Assembly: GCF_000981445.1 (NCBI RefSeq)
Contig: NC_027216.1
Location: forward strand, 1,612,001-1,676,000
Direction of reading: 5' to 3'
DNA: 64,000 nucleotides
Origin: Babesia bigemina
Lineage: Eukaryota
Below are positions 47,852 to 58,619 of the stretch, one piece after another. The translations under genes and the position numbers were made by a program. Under the pieces are notes generated by a model. The model ran no database searches and was not told the origin of the DNA. It saw nothing but the letters and a program-made list of their open reading frames with translations. The first letter of the stretch is position 1. The number at the start of each line of letters is the position of its first letter.

Positions 47852-50116
47852 CCTGCGCTCACTTTTACCAGAAATATCTGCACGGAGTTGAACAAGGTAC
47901 CTGGAAGCAGGTGCAGTACAGCAATCCAATTGCTACGTTTCCCACTTGTAACTACATGGCGATTTGTATAAGAATTATATTGTAGGACTGGTTTCGTTGT
48001 ATAGAAGAACTTGGAAAGACAGTTAGCGCCGACATCGCATGACACGACGTCTCCGCATGCGGTAAATGACAGCTATAACCAAGTTGTATTCCATTAAGTT
48101 CTGTCCAAAATCTACCGAACGTTTTTCAGACTGGAGGTAACTCTTCAGATAATGCATTTTTAGATGATTCGGGCGTTTTAAACACTAATGTTGATAAGCA
48201 TTTTGTCAAATCAAGTGAACCTCCCTTTGATATAGGAACACTCAAAATTTTTTGATAACCACATTCATTTGTAAAAAGCATATCCTCGTTTAATTATGTC
48301 ATTAACGTTCATCGTTATGTTCTGTATAAGAATTCTCTGTCAATATTTACGGCTCTATCCAGGTGATACCACAGCCATCTATACCAAACCAGAAAATGCG
48401 ATACCAGCAATCGATCCAGTAAATGTAGCAAATGAAACCATGATGGCGTATTGTATGCAACAAACTTCCTTATGGAGTATTGAGTTCATCGAAATCCGTC
48501 ATCTAGTCCTATCTATACAGCGCTCTAAGTGCGCCAGCAGTTTTTCGAACTCAAATATTACAGGATGATAAGAGCTTTCTTATCAATACCGAGCTCATCT
48601 ATACCGATAACAAATGATGTGTCCATAGGGGAAATATTTGGTCGTCATCCGCTGTAAATTTTGTGCTAGTTCACTGCACTAATATCACGAGTAAGTAGGG
48701 TAACAATAATTGTCTGGAGACAGCGAATAGTTCTCAGCTTTGAATTTACGAGCATTTATGGTTGCAATCCAACGGATATGTCAAAAATATTGGGAAGAGT
48801 TGCGTAATAGTCTGTCAAAAAACCTTTCACCGCTGGCGTTAGGACGTGATCAGACCGGAATAAATTTCAACCCTATTGTGGTGAAATCATTTCTCACACG
48901 ATGACCATGTTGTTGTAATAAGCACAGCTACTATCGTTAGTTGGTGAGAACTTGATGCAACTATGTTATTAAGATAGTAATGCTTCGACAAACCGTGACG
49001 AACACGCCCTTACATCAACGCCTACTCAACGACGAAGCATTCAGCAATATGAGGGAAAGTACAAACGGAAACACAACCATGCCTAGTAGCACCTCGTTTT
49101 AATGAGATGACGCATTATCACCGCCATTGTACAATATCGAGTTAGTGCCACTTCATACCTTCCCGCTGTCATTGGTCTGGCGAAGCATTCTATGGCATCG
49201 ACAACGATGGCTTGAGCGATTTGAGACAAATGGAAGGTCACCTAATAACTGTATCATGATGGCTCATTGCCACGGGTTTGTGGATCCACGGAATGGTTTT
49301 CCCATAGGCACGCATTGAACTCTATCAACGAAACTCATTATTAGCCGTCTTGAACACAAAACTTGAAACCCTTCAAATTAGTATAGTGCTAGTCTGATAA
49401 AGTATTTGTAACTCGTTGGAGGGCATTTGCGGGTTCCAATGGTGTTGCTTATAGAGGACAACCAAGAAGATGTGGGTCCGAACAATAAAAATGCGAAACC
49501 TTCTCTAGACTTTGGACATACTTCAAACGGCGCGATAAATATGCTCGGTGTGAGATCATACATCATATGATCGCAAAGCTGCACTTATTGGAGAGTGAAT
49601 CGCATAGCCTCTCGAGAATGTCGAAGTTCAATGATCTCTTTATGCTCTTTATAAAAATAGCGTTAGACACTGAGATACATCACATATAAAGGGTGGAATG
49701 ATTGCGCAATGAATCCATGCTGTATATTTGCAACTTCTTAGCAGTGACGTGCATCTCAACTACACATGCTGTAATATTTAAACCTCGTGCCACTCACTGC
49801 ACATTGCCAGTCCTATTAGTGCAATACAGATACTGCAGTGCCTATCGGACACATAACGACCTGTAGCATATTGTTACTGCAATGTTTCTTTAGTATAGGG
49901 TGCGGAGGAATGTGTGGTGTACATATGCTTACCCGATGTGCGCAGCGCACCAAGGACAGACTGCTAAACAGAATCACGCATCCCTCAAAACTTCGCATAT
50001 CACGAACTAAACGTAGGAAGTTCATGATATATCTCTGGTGAAGCAAGTAAGGATCACATTCTTCTGCTGCTAGAAACTTCTGGGTACGTTGTTGCTATTG
50101 TGCAGGGTTTGTTAAA

Positions 50117-50537
50117 ATGACTACGGATAATGGGGGTCCTTGTATATGCTATGAAGGAAAGTGTTGTGGTAAATTGTGCTGCTTTTCAAAAGCTTGGAGA
50201 GTTGGAAGTATATGTAAATGTTCTTATTGTACATGTAGAAACCCATGTCAGGGGACGACTTGTTACTGCTGCCCCTAGTGTTGATGGATATGCATTACAG
50301 TGTGGCACTGCGCAGCGTGCAATTATACAAAATAAGAAACGCTCATATATCGAGAATGTTTGTAGAAACTGGTTCAGATGTGGATGCGATTGATGCATAG
50401 TTCGCCTATTCCCAATGTTTAGCATATTGTTGTTAATCGTAGCCACGATGCTATACGTGAATACTGTCATAATTCATAAATTGAGGCGCGGAATTATGAA
50501 GGTATTTAGTAACTACTCAACATCGTCAACCACATAA
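50117..50537 (+). pseudogene. Disrupted Cys-rich single-TM gene; its 5' part is an intact 53-aa, 14-Cys ORF (50117-50278)
   Basis: aaaATG MTTDNGGPCICYEGKCCGKLCCFSKAWRVGSICKCSYCTCRNPCQGTTCYCCP*C*WIC..HCAAC, then in a shifted frame CRNWFRCGCD*CIVRLFPMFSILLLIVATMLYVNTVIIHKLRR...* (stop 50535-50537). Confidence 0.65.
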
Positions 50538-51733
50538 TTACCATCGCCATCCAATAAACCCTTGCAGCATCAACTGCGGAAAAGTGAAGAATGAAGCTAA
50601 CACGTTTAACGCTTAATCGATGTATAGGGAGGCGATTTACAACTGAAAGGAGTGAGTCAATGGCGTAATCCCATGGAGATGGACTGCGGGGCGAAGAAAC
50701 CGATTTTCCACGCCAGCAGAGGAAGAGCAGCACTCTATAGAAGGCTAACTCATATAGCACCTTCTTCGAGATACAGATGGTGATAGGTGCACGTGACTAG
50801 CAGGCCTGTGTTACCCAGACATTTTCGACATGATGTACACCGGAAGGCGTAGTTAAGGTACATTTATGGACAAAACCGTTTTAATAATTAACATTGTAAC
50901 ACATACCAGTAAATTACCTACGCAGTTAGCAGTACGAATCAACCGTCGCACATGGTGGTAATGGGTGAGGTGGCATTGTTTTAGTTGGTGGAGTCGGCAC
51001 CTAACTCTCCGATCCGACGCAGTTGACTTTCGTTCTATGGCAGCTATGCTGGTAAAGTGACTCATCGTGTATGCTATTAATAATAGTTCATAGTTTCAGC
51101 TTTGCATTAAATCATAAAGTGACGCCCGGACACAGCGTTTATGGCTTAATGCTTGTACGGACATTGTATCATGTATTGTATAAACTCCCTCGGGATTAAT
51201 ATCAGTGGCACATTAATACGCATCGTGGTGTGATGAATGAGTTGCGTGGGAATATGGCACCTGCTCGTGCACCACCTACCATCGGCGCACCTAGTCTCAC
51301 ATTTGCCTTCATCGTATGTTTCAACATCTATATTCTGCAACAGCATACGGGAATGTTCTCCCACACGTCCCAAAAATCTTCAATATCCATCGTATCCCAT
51401 AATCTGACGGCCTCTTTTAGTCCACAACCATAGAGTAGCCATTACGCACTTGATGTTAACATTGTTAGTCTCATCAAACACGAAAATGATTCCAATACTA
51501 ACTAATACAACCAAACTGCGCTTTATTCAGGGTGCAGGTATTTAATGAATTCAAAGAACAGATACAAGTGTTACGCTCGAATTTCAATGAGTTGCGCGTC
51601 TGCACGGCCATGTGAGAAGATAAGGTTAATGATGATGTGCAGATGATTCCAACAACTGCGATAGTTTCTGAGCGATGCTACATGTCATCTTCGCATCGTG
51701 TTATTCGTCAATATGGATTGCAGGAACCTGGTG

Positions 51734-52573
51734 TCAGACCACCGCAATTACACCCAGTATTGCCATGTTTCGAACAACCTTGGCGCCAATCATTACGAAT
51801 CCTGAAGCGCCAGTAGTACCATGTGTGACGTTTGTGTTGTCTGTATTTTTTTCTGGCTTTGGTGATTCACACTTTCCACACGGAGTGTCACCCTTACCCA
51901 TTGAAGCCATGTTATTCTTTTGATCTGTCGCTGATGTGTTATCTTTCGGCTTGGGTTTATTAATCACATTTGAGGGAGTCGATAGTTTTTTGGGCATATG
52001 TTTTTGAATAAATTCTTTTACGTATATTATCGTGTCTTTATATTCTGCTGCTACGTCGGTATGCACAAGGGCATGTGCAATGCGTTCTATATCCACGAAT
52101 CGCTCTTCGAGATCGGCCAACTGTTTATTAAGTTCAGCCATTTTTTGAGGCGTTACATTTTTCGCTTGAAGCCCTTTTGATATTACAATATAATCATCAA
52201 GGGTATGTCGTAGTTCGACGTAATCGATTTTATTCTGTATTAAATTTTCAAAAATTGCCCACAACCTTGTGCCCTCCTTTTTCAGCGCTGCTTCAACATT
52301 TGACAGCTTTTGGGGGTCAGGTGTTGCCTCTACGATGAGCCTCAGATCTTTAGCCATCGCCTCACAATCGCTAGTAACTGTTAAATAATTTTGGAGATGT
52401 TTATTGAACTCCGAGTTATTTAAATAAAAGGCAATTTTTTGGGGCGCGTTTGCTGAACCATCCGGATCATCCTTGCCACCTTTATCCCCCAGAGCAGCAT
52501 CATAGGGGATCATCATGTAGACCCATATAGCGTAAGCGAAAATTCTCCGCCCACAGATGCGAGAGCTCCACAT
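51734..52573 (-). CDS. Putative GPI-anchored surface protein (279 aa)
   Basis: N-terminal hydrophobic signal-like segment, helical charged core, Thr/Asn/Pro/Lys-rich linker, then GASG followed by a hydrophobic C-terminus (FVMIGAKVVRNMAILGVIAVV*). Confidence 0.7.
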   Translation of the reverse strand: MWSSRICGRRIFAYAIWVYMMIPYDAALGDKGGKDDPDGSANAPQKIAFYLNNSEFNKHLQNYLTVTSDCEAMAKDLRLIVEATPDPQKLSNVEAALKKEGTRLWAIFENLIQNKIDYVELRHTLDDYIVISKGLQAKNVTPQKMAELNKQLADLEERFVDIERIAHALVHTDVAAEYKDTIIYVKEFIQKHMPKKLSTPSNVINKPKPKDNTSATDQKNNMASMGKGDTPCGKCESPKPEKNTDNTNVTHGTTGASGFVMIGAKVVRNMAILGVIAVV

Positions 52574-53948
52574 TCTTGCTGAATAGAACCACGGATGTAT
52601 AGCCTATAATCACATTAATTAAAATTATGGCCTTAACATATTATGGCGCAATAATCAATTACCTAAGCCAGTGCCCATACACAACTTCCAACAACCAATG
52701 AAGTCACTGAGAATCGTTTGACTATGAACTCCGGTTAATTAACATTCTGGTGGATGAACAACTTTTGCTCGTTCGACAAGCGTACATTTATACGGCACAT
52801 ACCACATTAAGTATGGTGTATAAAATGTGTTAAGTGACCGCTGCAGAATAAATTTGCGTCGCTTATTGTGTGATTTTACTAGCTGCTGCATGTAGACAGT
52901 CTTACAGTCACGTCGCTTCATTCGATAATTTAAAAAGCAGCTTACATTTCGAAACCTGACTAATACGCCGCTTATCGACATAGATCATACCACAAAAGAG
53001 TGAAAAATTTTCGATGAAACAACCGGTAGTATGCTTGGTGGACGATCTCTTGAAACTTCAACAAAGCCACTGGTGATCCTATGCCACTTCTGTGCGTCGG
53101 TATTCGCCATTGGGAGCTATCACATTTGTGATATTTAGATAGAGATAATGTTTTATCTGGGCATTCATTAGAGTACAGTATTAATTATTATCTCCCTGTT
53201 TCTAGTTAATGGGTTTTAAATGGATGGATACGGAAAGGTCAGAATTGCCGAACCTTCGGAGAGTTTAAGCGTTGCGTCACTCGCCATTGACTCTTCGATA
53301 TGCGCTGTTTCGTTTCGGAAAACATTAAATGGCACCATTGGTCCGGTGACGTGCCATCCATCAAATGCCGCTTTACACGGCACAACACTAAAACGGCTCA
53401 CACGGCCACTAACAAAACCATTCATCCCCCAACGGAACACTACAATGCGTGTATTTACGGGGCGAATAGAGAGCGCGTATACTCAGGAGAGCTCGTACAA
53501 CCAATGGTTGCTTGTTAAGTGACAACCTGCAGGGTTCAATACACGTGCTCAATTGGCCCTTCGCATTCCTGTAACCACTATCCCAAAGAGATACACCATG
53601 GCGACACTTATCGCTCATTCAGATGAGTATATTCAGATTACAATAAAGCATTACTTATAAAGCACGGGTTTCCACAACGTCCGTCGTGTTTACGGACGTA
53701 GAAGCGTGCGACGTGCAACCATCCCGCGATATTGCTTCATGAACGAGATTAAACATTAGTTGAGAACAGTTTCCGCCCCCATATGGCGGCATCAGTATTG
53801 TGGATGACGAGTGTATGCATCCTACGGGCGATTACTACATTGAAAAATTAAAATGCTTTCGTGAGAATTCTTACAACCACTCACTACGAAGACGGAGACA
53901 AAACAATTTGTTGTTGAGTTGCATTTAAACATCACCTGCGATAAATAC

Positions 53949-54704
53949 TCAATAGAAAGCCCAGAAACCAGCGAGATCGTAAATCGTGTTCATTACAGCT
54001 TTATTCATAACACCCAACGCACTGCGTAAATCGGCGGAACTCATATTAGCGCGGATTTCTGGCTCTACGTAACCCAAGGCGAACAATACCCTTTCCAAAT
54101 GATCTTTTGCTCTAAACATTTTCAACCCAACCACTCCATTACTGCTTGCGTCGAACATAGCCTGCATGCCCACGTACAAGATCGGCGCAATTCCCACAAA
54201 GATCATTGCGCAATCTTCCGGTCTTTCCGAGCACGAATCACTCCACGTCGCTTCTGAACTGTAATATGACCTATATTGATCAGGGTTTTTGATATCATCC
54301 AGGAACTTCTCCAAACTGTCCACAAGTGTGTTGAAATCGTTTGCCATGGAATCATACGTCACGCCCCTGGTCTTCAAAGTCATATGATCACTATCCTTGA
54401 TACCTTTTAAGACTTTCAATGTAGCGTTGGGGTTTTTTTCCATAGGGGTTTTTAATCTCTTCAGCATGGCGCCTGCGAACGCCTTATCTTTAAGCGCCCG
54501 CTGCTCCAAAAACTTCTTGAAAATGCGCTTTATGTCCTCGATAGGCGTCAAACGTATCAATCCAACAGGTTGTCTATAGAGGAATCTGTAAACCGCAGCA
54601 ATCAATTCCTTCAAACCGTGACCATCGGTTCCCTTAACGGCCAGCAACCAGTCAATGCCTTCCCTGAGGTCACGAGGAACCTCGGTCAACGAATAGTATA
54701 CCAT
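53949..54704 (-). CDS. Short VESA1-related (ves2-like) protein, 251 aa
   Basis: SLTEVPRDLREGIDWLL matches the VESA N-terminal SLT..P.NLKEAIDW motif; Y.S.YSSEATW...C...PEDCA.IFVGIAP.LY block; ends YDLAGFWAFY; no TM anchor. Confidence 0.8.
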   Translation of the reverse strand: MVYYSLTEVPRDLREGIDWLLAVKGTDGHGLKELIAAVYRFLYRQPVGLIRLTPIEDIKRIFKKFLEQRALKDKAFAGAMLKRLKTPMEKNPNATLKVLKGIKDSDHMTLKTRGVTYDSMANDFNTLVDSLEKFLDDIKNPDQYRSYYSSEATWSDSCSERPEDCAMIFVGIAPILYVGMQAMFDASSNGVVGLKMFRAKDHLERVLFALGYVEPEIRANMSSADLRSALGVMNKAVMNTIYDLAGFWAFY

Positions 54705-55718
54705 TTTGAGGAGATTAGTTACGTTGGATGACTTCTGTAAATGCGTTGAGCTCTTGTGTAGTTAGTAGCAGACGTGCATACGGCTGCGTATTAACGAAGT
54801 ATAAGCAAAAAACTGGTACCGTGACCTTCTAAAGTATATGGACCAAATTGAAATCCACAAAACCGTTTATACAGCAAATAACCGTGTTTTAAAATACGCG
54901 GTAACCGCTACGCTGCACTATCGCAGCTAACTCCACGCAAATAACGTGACATGCGGCACGCATAACGCGAGTCCACGGGTAAACAAGCTTCGGGCAAAAC
55001 TGCACGTACTGTGCCTAGGGTTGTTAATAAAATTTGTAACTGTGTACAAATGTCTAGAATGTCGCGTTAGGTTTATAGTAGTGTCTTACAGAGCCGACGT
55101 CGTACCATGGTTATGACGTCCCACCACTTGCCGATGTCGTCCAGCGCATCTACCGTAAGAGCGCTTGCCTTTTAGCCACCCGTGAATAAGACGGTTTATT
55201 ACACATTACGACATCTGGGGTGCCGCTCGTAAGCTGTTGAAATGTATGGCGACACAGGCTAACGGTGTGTTGTCATTGCGAGATGGAGCCTCTAGACCGA
55301 CTTCCATCGGTTATGTGCGACAATGTGGTTGCCATACGCCAGTAGTACACTGGGAACGATTGCCCGCAACAAAATAGGTCCAGCGTTAAACGTGTAGTTG
55401 GAACCACTTCCAATCCGCTGCGGAGAGGGTGTCTCGTGTGTTTTGCCAACTGCACGCATTAATGCGGTGTATAATACACTTCACTTCTATGCTGTACATT
55501 GCCTACTTAACTTGCCACCCTAATAACTGCGGTTGCTAGAAATTACACGTCTTATAAGCGACTTATATAACACCAAACAGTGTTGCGTGCTACTACCGGA
55601 ATGATCGCATTCTAACCGACGGGGACACTCACGGCAGTAGACCACCCACCAAAAAACCAACACGAACTATGACAATTAAAGTGGCTAATTGCCAAACGAG
55701 TCACCGAGTTTTATCTAC

Positions 55719-58619
55719 TCATTCCTTGGCGTAGTAGTTCTCAACCTGGATGGTAGAGAGGGTGACACCTTTGAGAGTGACGCACCGGCACTCCAACGGC
55801 GGCGTCTGGCGCAGCGTTTCCCCCCGCCCTACCAGTTTGCTCTTGAATGCTAGCGTCACAAAGTGATTAGTGCGCGATGCTTCCAACGACTTGCTGAGAT
55901 TGTTTACTTTTTTCACTATGCCGTCAACAAAGACATTGTTAAAGCAATTGGGTGGGTCCAGGACGTACGGTACTGGGCAGTAGAATGCGGCTTCCTTAGC
56001 GGCTTGAAGGTCTATCTTGCAACCAATTTCTCTTCCGTCAGCGTCGTAGAGTTTGGGTGTCTCGGGCTTGAACAACTCATCTGACGCATATGTGACTCCG
56101 CAGCCTTGCATGTACGGGTCAGTGGTCTCGACGTTCACCACAACGACGTGCCAATTGTGTTCGTCTGACAATTTGGTATTCTGTAAATTGGCGTCTCCAG
56201 ATGCGCCTGACGTGGAACCTTCACCATTTACGCTTGATAAACTCGACTGCTCAGGTGCCTTACCGCAGACGAAAGCTAAAGGTACGCGTTTAGTATTAGT
56301 TGGGTCTTTGGAGATTATCACAGCGTTTCTACGCGACGTTATCTTTAGTGTTTGATACACGGCTCCTTCCAAATATTTACGGAAAACGGCTTGCAATCCA
56401 CCTTTTGCACTGACCATCACGGCCTCGCGTGATGTCCTAATAAGCTTGCTCCCGTGGAACGTATGATGGATACTATAATGAAATTCATCGACTTGAGTTG
56501 GGAGCCATGTCACCAAATTTATTTCATTATTGACAGGGCTAGGAACGTCGAAAACAAGTTCACAACGCAATAACAACGTTGTTCCCACGTCAAGTTCGAC
56601 GGAATGCATGCGTGGTTTATGCAGATCAACCATCATTGATGAATTGGATTCTTCTGTTAACAGTACGACCTTCTGCCAAGGCAGCGATATGTATGGGAGC
56701 AACGTATCAAACAGCGTTCTACGGTTTACTTCGTACGCATGTGTTACTTCATTATTGGATCCTAACACAAGCCTCGACGATTCGTATCCGCGTTTATCCA
56801 CGCACATACACGCGTAACTAATTGGGACATAGCTCCTGAATAGAAATTGTAAATCTTGAAATCCTCGAAAGTAGTGAGCCGATGTCTTACGAATGAATGC
56901 AGGGTACGGTACAACACTATTCGATTGTAGATCGTACATCACGGAGTTACAGTTGTTAGGCAACAGTTCCTCATCAGGTCCACAGTAGATGCCGGCATTC
57001 GCAGCATCAGTAATCACTTGTAATGAACACTCGTATATATTCCCTATACCACTTCCCATTAATTTAATTGAGCAATACTTCCTGCTAATTTCTGGATCAA
57101 AGACACCCCTTTGCATTCGGTCACAGCCACGCAATATGTATCGATGATTATACGCAAAGGATACAACAACAGGAGCAAAAATCTTATCCAAAATATTCGG
57201 GTTCGTAGATGCCAATTTCCAATAATAGCAGAAGGAATTTGTGCCATATTTTAATGCAAGAGGTTTGTTCGCATTGTAAATTAGTTTGATCTCACCACGT
57301 GACATTTGGGAAAGATCCAGCTCAATAGCATCGCCAGCCAAGACCTCTTTGTAAAATCTTTCGTCGTAACTCTCGAAGTCATAATGTTTCACTCGCTGCC
57401 GCAGAGTAGTTAGGTCCTTCGGCAGGAATTCCGATTCGTATTCATAGGCGGATGGCAGTTGAGAGAATGGCACATTCGAGACATCTTCGGAGATATCTCC
57501 GTCGGAATCAACGTCAATCGAAACCGAGTTCACAGGCTGCGTTGGAATCTTTATAGTCAAGGTGCTACCAGGATGAAGCACCGCCGAACACCACGGGCCA
57601 CGGATTGGTCGTAATCGGTTTCGGAAGATCATGCTGGCAATGTCACAGACATAGTCGGTTTTTGAACGCATTTCAATCCTGGCCTTCAGCCTACTTGTTT
57701 GAGGATCTATACACCTACATTCACCATAGAATGGTCGTACTGCCAATTTATCAAAATATTGCGCTACAACCCAAGGCCTATGGTGCACAAATTTCCAATA
57801 TAAACGTGGCCTAGGAGGCTTCACGACGCCACCATCTCCGTCTAAGAGTGAAATCATACAATCATGTGGTTCAATTTGGCCTTCGCATAAGAAACCGATT
57901 CGTGATACCGATAGAGGGTCCACCACACATGACGGCGTGCCTGTGACTCGATCCACACTCACCTCCATATCCGGATCGAAGAGTGGTGAAGGGCGCGTAC
58001 CACAGCCTACAAGAGGTGAGTGCGAACGTCCTCTATGCAGGTAAAATATGCCGACACCATTTCCCATCGTTTGTAGTTTTTCTACCAATGGCGTGGATGA
58101 GCTCCACGGAAGGATTACCATTTTATCGATGTCATTGAATTTGTCAAGGTAATGCTGAATTTCATCGCTCAAAACCCAATCTCTGGGAGCGCAAATGAAT
58201 ATAAGGCGGCGTTGGGTGATGACAAATAACTCATGCCTTTGTAGATCGAAATGCAGAGCACGTATTATACGTTTGGTTTCTAGCCTGATGAATGGTTTCA
58301 CGGTTTCAGATCGCACCACCTCCGAAACAGGAACTGCAACTAACTTGCCGTTTTCACTCACGTACGTTAGGAGACGCGTCTTTTCACGCCATGTTGGTTG
58401 AGGATGCCATACATACTCGACGCCATTGGTTCGTTGTGGGCAAGTAGCAGTTCCTTTGTCGACTATATCGAGATCTTCATGACATGTGATTAGCGCTGCT
58501 CGGCTCAGCATGTCATGCGGGACGTGGAAGTAACAACGACCTGCGTCAACTAAACTGACAAACTGAATCAGTATTCCAAAAATCGCCCACACGGACATCG
58601 TGATGCTAAATTTGGCCAT
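55719..58619 (-). CDS. Secreted multi-domain 6-Cys (s48/45)-like protein, 966 aa
   Basis: Signal peptide MAKFSITMSVWAIFGILIQFVSLVDA and three units GC...C...(G/A)(F/I)xC...P.(D/N)C...CxC, alternating with Cys-poorer units. No C-terminal hydrophobic tail. Confidence 0.72.
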   Translation of the reverse strand: MAKFSITMSVWAIFGILIQFVSLVDAGRCYFHVPHDMLSRAALITCHEDLDIVDKGTATCPQRTNGVEYVWHPQPTWREKTRLLTYVSENGKLVAVPVSEVVRSETVKPFIRLETKRIIRALHFDLQRHELFVITQRRLIFICAPRDWVLSDEIQHYLDKFNDIDKMVILPWSSSTPLVEKLQTMGNGVGIFYLHRGRSHSPLVGCGTRPSPLFDPDMEVSVDRVTGTPSCVVDPLSVSRIGFLCEGQIEPHDCMISLLDGDGGVVKPPRPRLYWKFVHHRPWVVAQYFDKLAVRPFYGECRCIDPQTSRLKARIEMRSKTDYVCDIASMIFRNRLRPIRGPWCSAVLHPGSTLTIKIPTQPVNSVSIDVDSDGDISEDVSNVPFSQLPSAYEYESEFLPKDLTTLRQRVKHYDFESYDERFYKEVLAGDAIELDLSQMSRGEIKLIYNANKPLALKYGTNSFCYYWKLASTNPNILDKIFAPVVVSFAYNHRYILRGCDRMQRGVFDPEISRKYCSIKLMGSGIGNIYECSLQVITDAANAGIYCGPDEELLPNNCNSVMYDLQSNSVVPYPAFIRKTSAHYFRGFQDLQFLFRSYVPISYACMCVDKRGYESSRLVLGSNNEVTHAYEVNRRTLFDTLLPYISLPWQKVVLLTEESNSSMMVDLHKPRMHSVELDVGTTLLLRCELVFDVPSPVNNEINLVTWLPTQVDEFHYSIHHTFHGSKLIRTSREAVMVSAKGGLQAVFRKYLEGAVYQTLKITSRRNAVIISKDPTNTKRVPLAFVCGKAPEQSSLSSVNGEGSTSGASGDANLQNTKLSDEHNWHVVVVNVETTDPYMQGCGVTYASDELFKPETPKLYDADGREIGCKIDLQAAKEAAFYCPVPYVLDPPNCFNNVFVDGIVKKVNNLSKSLEASRTNHFVTLAFKSKLVGRGETLRQTPPLECRCVTLKGVTLSTIQVENYYAKE

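Noticed and set aside
48290..48650. Minus-strand MTTK... start with a downstream hydrophobic stretch as another family relic
   Set aside because: Many stops and no Cys pattern; not distinguishable from noise.
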